A stretch of DNA of 64,000 nt from assembly GCA_947630975.1 (NCBI GenBank), contig CANRJP010000002.1, positions 1,096 through 65,095 on the forward strand, written 5' to 3'. Position 1 is the stretch's first letter. Each line of letters starts with the position of its first letter. The notes under the pieces were generated by a model. That model had not been told where the DNA came from. It worked only from the letters and a program-made list of their open reading frames with translations, and did no database searches. Source of the stretch: an uncultured Clostridia bacterium (lineage in GTDB: Bacteria; Bacillota; Clostridia; UMGS1883). The translations under genes and the position numbers were made by a program. Below are positions 29,245 to 38,554 of this stretch, in pieces.

Positions 29245-30612
29245 ATGAATGACAAGCTCTCCGCCTTCAAGGCGGAAATGAGGGACAAAAAAGTGACCGT
29301 GATGGGGGTGGGTATCAGCAATCTCCCCCTGATACGGTTCCTGCATAAATTGGGCGCGGACATAACCGCCGCCGACAGGCGGACGGAGGAGCAAATGGGC
29401 GAAGCCGCCCGGGAGCTGCGTGAAATGGGCGTGACCCTCAAGACCGGCCCGGACTATCTTGAAAATCTGGGCGGCGACTGGATATTTAAGACTCCCGGCA
29501 TCCGCTTCGACGTGCCCCAGCTTTTGGAAGCGGCTCGGCGAGGCAGTCAGATAACCAGCGAGATGGAGGTGTTCTTCGAGCTCTGTCCGGCGAAAATAAT
29601 CGCCGTAACCGGCAGCGACGGCAAGACCACAACCACCACTCTTGTTTCTGAAATATTAAAGAAAATGGGCAAAACCGTACACCTCGGCGGCAATATCGGC
29701 AAGCCCCTGCTGCCCGAGATCGAAACCGTAGCCGAAACCGACGTTGCGGTGCTGGAGCTGAGCAGCTTCCAGCTCCACACCATGAAGCGCAGTCCCGACG
29801 TGGCGGTCATAACCAACATGACCCCAAATCACCTGGACTGGCACAAATCCTTTGAGGAGTATATGGACGCCAAGCGCAACATCTACCTTCACCAGAACGA
29901 AAAGGGCGTGCTGGTGCTGAATAAGAGCGATCCGCAGTCTTACGCCTGCCGCTCCGGCGCGAGGGGCGAGGTGCGGCTTTTCGGCTATGACCGCGGCTGC
30001 GCCGTATATTCCGAGGGCGGCGAGATTTACGCCTTCGGCGCGGAGGTGATGAAAACCTCCGATATAAAAATACCCGGCGAACACAACGTCCAGAACTATA
30101 TGGCGGCCATCGCCGCCGTAGGCCCCGGCTGCGAGGCGGCGGCGAGGGAGGTGGCCCGTGAATTCGGCGGCGTGCCCCACCGCATCGAGCTTGTGCGGGT
30201 CAGGGACGGAGTCCGCTATTACAACAGCTCCATCGACAGCAGCCCCAACCGTACCATAAATACCCTCAAGGTCTTTGACAAGGTCATTCTCATCGCCGGC
30301 GGCAAGGACAAGGGTATTCCTTACGACGCCTTGGGCCAATCTCTGGCGGAGAAGTGCAAGGCACTGTTCCTTGTGGGCATGACCGCCGGCGTTATCAGCG
30401 AGGCGCTGAAAAAATACGCCGAAAAGGCCGGCGTTGGCGGGGACATTCCCGTCACATTCTGCGAAAGCTACGAACAGGCGGTGCGCCTTGCGGCGGACAT
30501 GGCCGTGGGGGGCGACGTGGTGCTCATGAGCAACGCCAGCACGAGCTTCGATATGTTCCGTAACTTTGAGGAGCGGGGCGAGCTGTTCAAAAAACTGGTG
30601 AACGAACTTTAA
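29245..30612 (+). CDS. murD: UDP-N-acetylmuramoyl-L-alanine--D-glutamate ligase
   Basis: GSDGKTTTTTL P-loop. Mur ligase central and C-terminal domain order. Length 455 aa. Confidence 0.85.
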   Translation: MNDKLSAFKAEMRDKKVTVMGVGISNLPLIRFLHKLGADITAADRRTEEQMGEAARELREMGVTLKTGPDYLENLGGDWIFKTPGIRFDVPQLLEAARRGSQITSEMEVFFELCPAKIIAVTGSDGKTTTTTLVSEILKKMGKTVHLGGNIGKPLLPEIETVAETDVAVLELSSFQLHTMKRSPDVAVITNMTPNHLDWHKSFEEYMDAKRNIYLHQNEKGVLVLNKSDPQSYACRSGARGEVRLFGYDRGCAVYSEGGEIYAFGAEVMKTSDIKIPGEHNVQNYMAAIAAVGPGCEAAAREVAREFGGVPHRIELVRVRDGVRYYNSSIDSSPNRTINTLKVFDKVILIAGGKDKGIPYDALGQSLAEKCKALFLVGMTAGVISEALKKYAEKAGVGGDIPVTFCESYEQAVRLAADMAVGGDVVLMSNASTSFDMFRNFEERGELFKKLVNEL

Positions 30613-30636
30613 TGTAAGCAAGGAGGGAAACTTCCG

Positions 30637-31674
30637 TTGAAAATAGAGGAAATTCTTGAAAAACTGGACGCCCCCTTGGGCGTCAGCGGCAGTGAGGAGG
30701 CCGTCGGGAGCGCGGTCAAGGACTTGCTGGCACCCTGCTGCCAGACCGTGACCGAGGACGTTTTAGGCAACGTAACGGGCTGGTACCGCTGCGGTCGGGA
30801 AAACGCTCCCGTAGTGATGATAGAGGCCCATCAGGACGAGCTGGGCCTCATGGTAAGCGGCATAACCGACGAGGGGAGCCTGCTCTTCTGCGAGATAGGC
30901 GGCTTTGACCCCAAGACCCTTCCCGGAACCGAGGTCACCGTCCACTGCGAGACCGGGAACTATTTTGGCGTGATAGGCGCCAAGCCTCCCCATCTGGTGA
31001 AGGATGCGGCCAAGGCCCTTGCCGTTGAAAACATGGCCGTGGACATCGGCTTTAAAAAGGAGCAAACCGAAAAAATCGTTCGGGTGGGGGACATAATCAC
31101 CCTCAACACCGGCTATACAAAGCTGGCGGGCTCCGCCGTCGCCGGACGCTGCATCGATGACCGGGGCGGCCTAGCGGCGGTGATACGCACCATGGAGCTC
31201 ATACAGAAATACCGGCTGTCCTGCGACGTGGCGGCCGTGGCCACGGTTCAGGAGGAGCTGGGCCTTCGCGGGGCGAGGACGGCTGCGGCCCAGCTTGTGC
31301 CCGACGCCGCCATCGCCGTAGATGTCTGCCACGGCACAAGCCCCGGCGTCAGCGACAACGCCTTCCCCTTGGGCAAAGGCCCCGTCGTCAGCGTTGGCCC
31401 CAACCTCCATCCGAAGCTGACCCGCCAGCTCCTCGACCGGGCAAAGGAAGCCGGCATCGAGGTTCAGATAGACGTGGACAGCGGCGACACCGGCACCGAC
31501 GCCTGGGAAATACAGGTGGCCGGGGCGGGAGTCCCCACGGCCCTGCTCTCCATACCTCTGCGCTATATGCACGCCAATTACGAGGTGGGGGACAGCCGCG
31601 ACATTGAAAATACGGCCCGGCTCATGGCGGCCTGGCTTTTGAGCTACAAAGGCGGTGACGATCTGTGCTTCTGA
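30637..31674 (+). CDS. M42 family metallopeptidase (paralog 1)
   Basis: TTG start after AGGAGGG. Conserved HxDExG-type and ...VQEEVGLRGA motifs of the M42/FrvX family. Confidence 0.8.
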   Translation: MKIEEILEKLDAPLGVSGSEEAVGSAVKDLLAPCCQTVTEDVLGNVTGWYRCGRENAPVVMIEAHQDELGLMVSGITDEGSLLFCEIGGFDPKTLPGTEVTVHCETGNYFGVIGAKPPHLVKDAAKALAVENMAVDIGFKKEQTEKIVRVGDIITLNTGYTKLAGSAVAGRCIDDRGGLAAVIRTMELIQKYRLSCDVAAVATVQEELGLRGARTAAAQLVPDAAIAVDVCHGTSPGVSDNAFPLGKGPVVSVGPNLHPKLTRQLLDRAKEAGIEVQIDVDSGDTGTDAWEIQVAGAGVPTALLSIPLRYMHANYEVGDSRDIENTARLMAAWLLSYKGGDDLCF

Positions 31675-32672
31675 AAGAACTGTGCCAACGCTCCGGCCCC
31701 TCCGGTTGGGAGGACGACATAAGGAGCTTTATCCTCGGTCAAATAAAGGCCGACGAGATAACCGTGGACACCATGGGCAACATCATCGCCCATAAGCTCG
31801 GCGGCGGCAAAAAGGTGATGGTGGCCGCCCACATGGACGAGGTGGGCTTCATCGTCAGCGGCTTCACCGACGAGGGCTTTGTGAGGTTCAAAACCGTCGG
31901 CGGCATACTCACCACCGTTCTTGTGAGCAAAAAGGTGTTGCTGGGCGAAAAAAAGGTGCCCGGCATAATCAGCGCCAAGGCCGTACACCTACAAAAGCGT
32001 GAGGAACGGGAAAAGCTCATTCCCATGAGTGAGCTTTATATCGACATCGGCGCGAAGAATAAGGAGGAGGCCCAAAACCTTCTGAATTTGGGCGACTACG
32101 GAGTTTTCGCCGGCGAGTACACGGAGTTCGGCGATGGCCTTGTGAAGAGCAAGGCCCTTGACGACCGGGTGGGCTGCGCCGCCCTCATCGAGCTGATGAA
32201 AAACGACTACGCCAACGATATGTACTTTGTGTTCACCGTTCAGGAGGAGGTCGGCCTTCGCGGCGCTATCATAGCGGCCAACCGCATCAGACCCGACTAC
32301 GCCCTTGTGATCGAGGGCACCACCTGCAGCGACGTTTACGGCACAAAGCCCCACGAAACCGTCACCAATCTTGGCGGCGGAGCGGTCATGACCGCCATGG
32401 ACAGGGCCGCCGTCAGCGACCGGCGCTATTTTGAGATGATAAAAAGTCTGGCGGAAAGGGAAAACATTCCCCTTCAAATCAAGCGCACAAGCAGCGGCGG
32501 CACCGACGCCGGCAGCATCCAGCGCAGCGGCGGCGGAGTAAAGACGGCGGTTCTCGCCGTGCCCTGCCGCTATATCCATTCCCCCGTCAGCGTAATGAGC
32601 AAAAGCGACTTTGACAGCGTCTGCCGCCTCAGCGCGGCGGTACTGAAGGAGCTGGAAAGGAGAGAACTGTAA
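31665..32672 (+). CDS. M42 family metallopeptidase (paralog 2)
   Basis: AAHMDEVGF and FTVQEEVGLRGA motifs. Confidence 0.8.
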   Translation: MLLKELCQRSGPSGWEDDIRSFILGQIKADEITVDTMGNIIAHKLGGGKKVMVAAHMDEVGFIVSGFTDEGFVRFKTVGGILTTVLVSKKVLLGEKKVPGIISAKAVHLQKREEREKLIPMSELYIDIGAKNKEEAQNLLNLGDYGVFAGEYTEFGDGLVKSKALDDRVGCAALIELMKNDYANDMYFVFTVQEEVGLRGAIIAANRIRPDYALVIEGTTCSDVYGTKPHETVTNLGGGAVMTAMDRAAVSDRRYFEMIKSLAERENIPLQIKRTSSGGTDAGSIQRSGGGVKTAVLAVPCRYIHSPVSVMSKSDFDSVCRLSAAVLKELERREL

Positions 32673-33646
32673 TGGAGCTTTTGAAAAAACTCAACGAGTG
32701 TTGGTCTCCCTCGGGCCGTGAGGACAGCATAAGGAACCTCATTGCCGCCGAGCTGGAGCCCTATGTCACCGACGTATACACCGACCCCATGGGCAACCTC
32801 ATCTGCCGCAAAAAGGGCAACGGACGGCGGCTCATGTTCGCCGCCCACATGGACGAGATAGGCTTCATGGTGACGAACATCGACGACAGCGGCTTCCTCC
32901 GTTTCACCAACGTGGGCGGCATCTCGGCCCACAACTGCGTAAATCGCGGCGTTGTCTTTGAAAACGGCACGGCGGGCGTTATTTCATACGAAAAAACCGT
33001 CAAGGATCTCAACCTTGACAAAATGTATATCGACATCGGCGCGGCTGACAGGGCCGAGGCCGAGAGCAAGGTCAGCGTGGGCGATATGGCCTGCTGCAAC
33101 GAGGGCTTCACCCTTATGGGTTCTTGCGCCGCTGCCAAATCCATGGACGACCGCGTGGGCTGCTACGCCCTGATAAAGGCCGTTCAGCGGGCGGCCTCCA
33201 ACAAAAACGACATTTACGCCGTGTTCACCGTTCAGGAGGAGCTGGGCCTTCGTGGAGCCAAAACCGCCTCCTTCAACGTGGAGCCCGACCTTGGCATAGC
33301 CATCGACGTTTCCATGGTGGGCGACACTCCCGAAAGCGCCAGGCGCAGCCTCGCGCTGGGCAAGGGCCCGGGCATAAAGCTGAAGGACGCCTCCTTTATA
33401 ATACACCCGAAGGCCCGTGAGTTCATGCTTCAGGCCGCCCGTGCGGCGGAAATACCCTTCCAGCTTGAGGCGGCGGCCTACGGCGGCACCGACGCGGGAG
33501 CCATACACCTCAACGGCGGCGGAGTTCCGGCGGGAACGGTTTCGATACCCACCCGCTACATCCATTCGCCCCGAGAGGTGGTCAATCTCGCCGACGTGGA
33601 AAATACCGTCAAACTTGTGACAAAAATGATAGAAGTTGGTATATGA
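32672..33646 (+). CDS. M42 family metallopeptidase (paralog 3)
   Basis: AAHMDEIGF and FTVQEELGLRGA motifs. Confidence 0.8.
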   Translation: MELLKKLNECWSPSGREDSIRNLIAAELEPYVTDVYTDPMGNLICRKKGNGRRLMFAAHMDEIGFMVTNIDDSGFLRFTNVGGISAHNCVNRGVVFENGTAGVISYEKTVKDLNLDKMYIDIGAADRAEAESKVSVGDMACCNEGFTLMGSCAAAKSMDDRVGCYALIKAVQRAASNKNDIYAVFTVQEELGLRGAKTASFNVEPDLGIAIDVSMVGDTPESARRSLALGKGPGIKLKDASFIIHPKAREFMLQAARAAEIPFQLEAAAYGGTDAGAIHLNGGGVPAGTVSIPTRYIHSPREVVNLADVENTVKLVTKMIEVGI

Positions 33647-33647
33647 T

Positions 33648-34529
33648 ATGAAAGACAACATAACAAGCGCCATAACCCATGATGGGAGTATTCGCGTCAT
33701 AGCGGCGGACACCACCGGGCTTTGCAATCGTGCCCAGGAGCTACACCGCATGAGTCCGGTCTGCTGTGCGGCCTTGGGCCGAGCCCTGACCGGCGCGGCG
33801 ATTTTGGGGCGGATGCTCAAGGGCTATGACGACAGCGTCACCCTTCAGTTCAACGGCGGCGGCCCTATTGGCAGGGTCGTGGCGGTCTCCGACGGCCGCA
33901 GCAACGTCAAGGGCTATGTGGACAACCCTCTCGTCGATCTGCCCCTGCGCCCCGACGGCAAGCTGGACGTGGGCGGAGCGGTGGGCCGCTTCGGTATGCT
34001 CAGCGTAATAAAGGATTTGAACATGAAGGAGCCGTATGTGGGCCAGACTCCCCTTGTCAGCGGTGAGATAGCCGAGGACTTGACACGATACTTCGCCGAC
34101 AGCGAACAGCTCCCCACGGCTGTGGCCCTCGGCGTCCTTGTGGACAGGGATTACAGCGTCAAGGCCGCCGGCGGCTTTGTGATACAGCTCCTGCCCGGCG
34201 CGGCCGATGAGGACATCGACCGTGTGGAAAAGGTGATCTCCGAGATACCCGCCGTGACGCAGATGCTCAGCTCCGGCGAGACCCCGAGGGATATTGTGGA
34301 GCGCCTCCTTGCGGGATATGAGATCGACTATTTTGAAGATATGGAAACAAAATACCTCTGCGATTGCAGCCGTGAGCGCATGGAGCGGGCCCTGATAAGC
34401 GTGGGGGAGAAGGAGCTGCGCAAGCTGATCGAGGAGGACGGAAAAGCCGAGCTCTGCTGTCACTTCTGCAACAATAAGTACGAGTTTGACCGCCCACAGC
34501 TTGAGGCTCTGCTTGAACAGGCTAAATAA
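33648..34529 (+). CDS. hslO: Hsp33 redox-regulated chaperone
   Basis: C-terminal zinc centre CDCS...CCHFCNNKY (CxC...CxxC). Overall Hsp33 length. First ATG at 33648. Confidence 0.85.
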   Translation: MKDNITSAITHDGSIRVIAADTTGLCNRAQELHRMSPVCCAALGRALTGAAILGRMLKGYDDSVTLQFNGGGPIGRVVAVSDGRSNVKGYVDNPLVDLPLRPDGKLDVGGAVGRFGMLSVIKDLNMKEPYVGQTPLVSGEIAEDLTRYFADSEQLPTAVALGVLVDRDYSVKAAGGFVIQLLPGAADEDIDRVEKVISEIPAVTQMLSSGETPRDIVERLLAGYEIDYFEDMETKYLCDCSRERMERALISVGEKELRKLIEEDGKAELCCHFCNNKYEFDRPQLEALLEQAK

Positions 34530-34560
34530 AAATATAGTAACCGTAACGGCCGATAAAAAC

Positions 34561-34605
34561 AACGCCGAACAAGGCTCTCGACAAGTCTTTGTTCGGCATT
34601 ATTTT
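34561..34605 (+). terminator. intrinsic terminator (GCCGAACAA...TTGTTCGGC + ATTATTTT)
   Basis: Hairpin with a T-rich tail after hslO. Confidence 0.4.
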
Positions 34606-34660
34606 CAAATTAAAAACATCAATTCGGTGCGAGCCTTTTCACACCGTGCGGCGTCACATC
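34603..34660. repeat. internal-segment copy of repeat family A
   Basis: CATCAATTCGGTGCGAGCCTTTTCACACCGTGCGGCGTCACATCC matches the interior of 6113-6271. Confidence 0.45.
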
Positions 34661-35676
34661 CAAAGCTTGTTGGCGAACTTCACCAGAAGCTCCTCGAGGT
34701 ACTGTACGCGGCTGTAGTTTGCTGTCCAGTAGTCGGGGCTGTCGATTACCCCCGCATCGGCCATGGCCTTTGCCGCCTGAGGGGCGTTGGTATATCCGTT
34801 TTTGGCGTCGGGACGGAGGTCGGTGTTTGCCATCTTGATAACAAGATTGGGGAGATAGGGGAGTTGATCTAACGCGCCGAGCCAATATTCGGGAGAACTT
34901 ATGACGCCCTTGTTCGCCAGCGCCGATACCGCGTCTCTGGCGGACATTACGGTCGGCCTGTCGGTGTACCCGGTGACAGCCGTGTAGGCGAGGTTGATCC
35001 AGCCGCTTCCCGACTTCAAAAGACCCCAGCCGTTCCTGACCTCGACAACGGTGTACACGCCGTTCTTAGCCACGGACGTGTTAATAGGATAGTCGGCGCC
35101 CGCCCCGTCCCGTACGTTCAGGCTGTCGGCGGTGATTTTCACCGTGTAGATTTTGCCGGGCTCAAAGCCGACCTTCTGCGGAGCGGCGCTTTCGCCGCCC
35201 AGCTCGGCCTTGACAAGATTGAGAAAGCAGTCCCAGCCGTAATCGCTGAGAATGCGGTGAGGGCAATACTTGCCGCTGAAATCCTGGTGTTTCTTGACGT
35301 TGGCTACAGTCCAGTTGTGCTCACGCAGCAGCTTTGCCGTGAGCCACGCGGCGTTTTTCATGGCGGCCTCGAAACGGGGGCCGCCGCTCTTGCTGTAGCA
35401 TATCTCGATGGATATGTACTTGCGGTTGCCCTTGCCGCTGCCGCCGTCCCCGGCGTGCCACGCATTCCGGTTGTCGGCTATGGCGTGAACGATCTCTTTG
35501 TCGTCCACGGCGTAGTGATAGCTGGTCTTGCTGCCGTTGCCCAGCATATATGCCACCTCGTTTTTGGCCGAGGCATCGTTGGCCGTGTTGTGGATGCATA
35601 CGCCTATCGGCGACATGGAATAGGGGCATTTGACACTGTATTTACTGGATGGGCAAAGGTTCTCCGTGATTTGCAT
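34654..35676 (-). CDS. N-acetylmuramoyl-L-alanine amidase (amidase_2/PGRP type) with SH3b and two C-terminal GVIxSP[ED]YW repeats; endolysin-like
   Basis: N-terminal amidase_2 motifs (CIHNTAN...WHAGDGG). SH3-like middle. Repeated C-terminal ~35-aa modules. Confidence 0.8.
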   Translation of the reverse strand: MQITENLCPSSKYSVKCPYSMSPIGVCIHNTANDASAKNEVAYMLGNGSKTSYHYAVDDKEIVHAIADNRNAWHAGDGGSGKGNRKYISIEICYSKSGGPRFEAAMKNAAWLTAKLLREHNWTVANVKKHQDFSGKYCPHRILSDYGWDCFLNLVKAELGGESAAPQKVGFEPGKIYTVKITADSLNVRDGAGADYPINTSVAKNGVYTVVEVRNGWGLLKSGSGWINLAYTAVTGYTDRPTVMSARDAVSALANKGVISSPEYWLGALDQLPYLPNLVIKMANTDLRPDAKNGYTNAPQAAKAMADAGVIDSPDYWTANYSRVQYLEELLVKFANKLWM

Positions 35677-36149
35677 ATATGCTCACTCTCCTTTCCCCGG
35701 CAGGGCGTCAGTCACCTTATCGGCAATTATTTTGCCGTTATTTTTTATAACTTTTATCATTTTGATTTCCACTCCTCTTTATAAATTATTTATCTGTACT
35801 GTGCCTCGGCCGTCAGCCCGAATTTTAACGGCGGCCCGCCGAGCGCCTGAAATAAATGATGTTCCTCATCACCTCCGTGTAATACCTCGAAAAAAACCGT
35901 TTAATCGGATTTAGCCGATACGGTTTCGGCGGGCTTGGCGCCGCATCCCCCCCTTTCATATTTAGTTTTTCATTTTATCACCTCCAAAGCTCGGTCTCTC
36001 CTGAGAGGTCATTAGCGTAACATAACTTATTTGCCATGTCAATAGCTTTTTTGTTGATTTTAAGAAGTTTTTGTGGCAGTATATGTCTGCCGAATTGACT
36101 TACACGGTAATGACGGTGTTCCGCAGATTTTCCGCTGAAAATAAAAAAA

Positions 36150-36380
36150 GTCCCAATGCCGGGAGAGACAGCCTGCGGCCGGCCCATCCGGGCCGACGGG
36201 GAACATGGCGAATACACGGACGCTGACGGGGACGCGGATGTGGTTGCTTTCGCGCCAAGGACGACAGCTTTAGGGACGCCCGAATCATGGACGGCGACAT
36301 AGTATATATAAAGAAAATGCTCATGGTAGAAAACGGCGGTCTCGCCGCCGTAATAATAGACGGCGAGGCCGCCCCCTTAA
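36150..36380 (+). pseudogene. frameshifted LexA/CI-like S24 peptidase C-terminal remnant
   Basis: Two frames together read KKVPMPGETACGRPIRADGEHGEYTDADGDADVVAF / FRAKDDSFRDARIMDGDIVYIKK...NGGLAAVIIDGEA. This matches the LexA GRIAAGEP...VFALRVKGDSMIDAGI.DGD.V.V...NG.IVVA.IDGEATVKR core. No intact N-terminal HTH. Confidence 0.35.
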
Positions 36381-36429
36381 GCGCGTTTATTACAGACGTG
36401 AAAAGCAAGTACGGAATATAGCGATTGCA

Positions 36430-37965
36430 TTATTGCAAATCCCTTTGCCGCCGGATAACGCTCCCGAACCATTTTATATCGCTCTTGCCTATTACCCGAA
36501 GCAAGTACAGCAGGAGGGTGTAAACCGCCGCGGCGCAGACAATTCCCGCGACCGCTCCCACAGGAAGATTTAGGGCGAACAGTCCGGAAACAGCCGACGC
36601 GAAAATTATTCTGATGAGGTCAAAAAGCCCCACGTCCACGTCGGCCACTCTCAGCAGCCGGTTGAAGCTGAGGAGAAAGTTGAAGCACTCGCACACGTAA
36701 ATGCTGACGCCGTAGCCGGTTATGGCGTAGCGGGGAATGAGTATGTACAGCAGCACCACATTCAGCGTGGCCTCGGCGATATTTATCACCATGGCTTTCA
36801 TGTGCTGTCCGAGACCCTTCAGACAGCCGTCGGTCACCATATCGCAGTACATTACGGGCACGAGGGGCGCAAAACAGCGGACATAGCGCCCTACCTCCGG
36901 ACTTTTGTAAATTGCGGTTCCGAGTTCCTCACCGAAAAAATACATAAGGCCGGACACGCAAACCGAAAATGTCAGGCCGATTTTTATGACCCTTGTCGTC
37001 ATATAGTCGATGCCCTTTTGCCCGCCCTCGCTTTGGGCCGCCGTAAGCCGGGGAATTATCAGCTCGGCCAGAGCGGTGAGCAGCGCCGAAGGAAAAAGCA
37101 GCATGGGGAAGGCCATTCCGTGAATGGATCCGTAGGCCGCGAAGGCCGAATTGAAGTCGGCGCCCGAACGCTGGAGGCCCTTGGGTATGAGAATGTGGCC
37201 GAGGGAGTTTAGACCCGTCCTCATATAGGAGCTGACGGCGATCGGCATAGCCGTGCCGAAAAGCCGCCTTAAATACGGCGCTTTTTGGGAGCGGGCGGGA
37301 ATATGCCGTATGTCCGCCAGATACAGCACCGTCAACGCGGCGCAGCTTACCGCCTCGCCGAGCGCGGCCGCCGCCGCAAGAGCGGCGCAGGTATCTCCTA
37401 TCCCGCCGCCAAAGGCGCTCAGCAGTATTACGGTGACGAATATCCGGCTGAGCTGTTCGAGGATGTTGACGCTGACGGAGCGCATTACCCGCTCAACACC
37501 GGTGAAATATCCGCCGAATACCGCCGAGACGGAGATGAACGGCAGACTGAACGCCAGTGTTTCAAGGGCTTTTCGGCAGCTTTTTTCCCCTATCCACGTT
37601 GAGCTTATAAAGCCGGAGCCGAAGTACAGACAGGCTCCGGCGGCAAGGCCGAAGCACAGCGAATAAACCAAGGCGGTGCGCACCGTCCGGCGGACGCTGC
37701 CGTTTTCGGCCAGAGCCGCTGCGGTGAGACGGGTGACCGAAAATCGTATGCCGCCGGTGGCGAGAGTAACAAAGAGAGTGTAGACCGACATTATAAGGGA
37801 ATATACTCCCAAGGCCGAAGCGCCGATTTTACCCGCCAGATACACCTGAAATATGAGGCCGACTCCGCGCATGACGAGGGACGCCGCCGTGAGCAGAAGT
37901 GTGTTTACAAAAATTTTGTGGGCATTTTTGTTCATGGAAAAACTCCCTAAAAGGTATTTGTACAA
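36430..37965 (-). CDS. MOP-superfamily polysaccharide/lipid-II flippase-like protein (SpoVB / MurJ-Wzx-like)
   Basis: ~14 predicted TM segments. N-terminus resembles the SpoVB pattern (..LLLTAASLVMRGVGLIFQVYLAGKIGASALGVYSL..). Confidence 0.7.
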   Translation of the reverse strand: MYKYLLGSFSMNKNAHKIFVNTLLLTAASLVMRGVGLIFQVYLAGKIGASALGVYSLIMSVYTLFVTLATGGIRFSVTRLTAAALAENGSVRRTVRTALVYSLCFGLAAGACLYFGSGFISSTWIGEKSCRKALETLAFSLPFISVSAVFGGYFTGVERVMRSVSVNILEQLSRIFVTVILLSAFGGGIGDTCAALAAAAALGEAVSCAALTVLYLADIRHIPARSQKAPYLRRLFGTAMPIAVSSYMRTGLNSLGHILIPKGLQRSGADFNSAFAAYGSIHGMAFPMLLFPSALLTALAELIIPRLTAAQSEGGQKGIDYMTTRVIKIGLTFSVCVSGLMYFFGEELGTAIYKSPEVGRYVRCFAPLVPVMYCDMVTDGCLKGLGQHMKAMVINIAEATLNVVLLYILIPRYAITGYGVSIYVCECFNFLLSFNRLLRVADVDVGLFDLIRIIFASAVSGLFALNLPVGAVAGIVCAAAVYTLLLYLLRVIGKSDIKWFGSVIRRQRDLQ

Positions 37966-38045
37966 TATATGCCCGAAAATTTTTTATATTAAATAAAAAT
38001 GCTTCGCCAACCGTTTGTTCAAACAAACGCTATTCACAAAAATAT

Positions 38046-38552
38046 GGGGCTGTAAAAAAATCGTGCAGAACGGCGTCGTCGCAAGCCTTCCTTCGCTTGC
38101 GGCGACTTTTTATGCTTCGCAAAAAAGTCACCGTTTGGCTCGTTCGGCTGCTCCTCCTTTTCCCCACAAACAACAAAGTTGTTTGTGGGGAGTGGTGCTG
38201 TCAAACTCGCAAAAGGTTTGTAGCAAGCGCAGGCGTAATGAGGGCGGCTTATCCGCCCGAATAGCCGGAGCGCCGCGTGACCTTTTGCGAAGAAGGAGGG
38301 GCAAGCTCTCGTGCGACGGCATTTTTGTAAAAAAATGTGGTCGCATAGACGGGCTTTGCCCCGACGCCGCCGAGCGGTGATTTTCGTTCGTAGTTCAGGG
38401 CATAATTTAAAAAGAAAAACCGTCTTTTCGCAAGAAAAAGGCGGTTTTTCCACATCAATTCACAGCTTTGTTTCTTTTTCCGGATTTATCAACACATAAA
38501 TTTACCTTAAGGCTTTTAGCCCTTGAACAATCTGCGCCATTTTTTCAGCCCC
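38046..38552. mobile_element. ~530-bp TIR-bounded repeat element, copy 2 (inverted; ~45-bp internal deletion)
   Basis: Reverse-complement match to 22680-23224. TIR GGGGCTGTAAAAAAA. Lacks the CTGACTACATAATCTGGAGGCACGGGGGCCGGTCGAAA segment present in copies 1 and 3. Confidence 0.7.
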
Positions 38553-38554
38553 TA

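Noticed and set aside
30637-33646. Three tandem M42 peptidase paralogs considered as a possible anomaly.
   Set aside because: Triplets of M42 (FrvX/YsdC-like) genes are a common conserved arrangement in Firmicutes. Nothing unusual is visible.
35696-35776. 26-aa minus-strand mini-ORF (MIKVIKNNGKIIADKVTDALPGKGE) with RBS just upstream of the amidase.
   Set aside because: It is too short and featureless to call. It could be a leader peptide, but there is no support beyond an RBS-like AGAGGAG.
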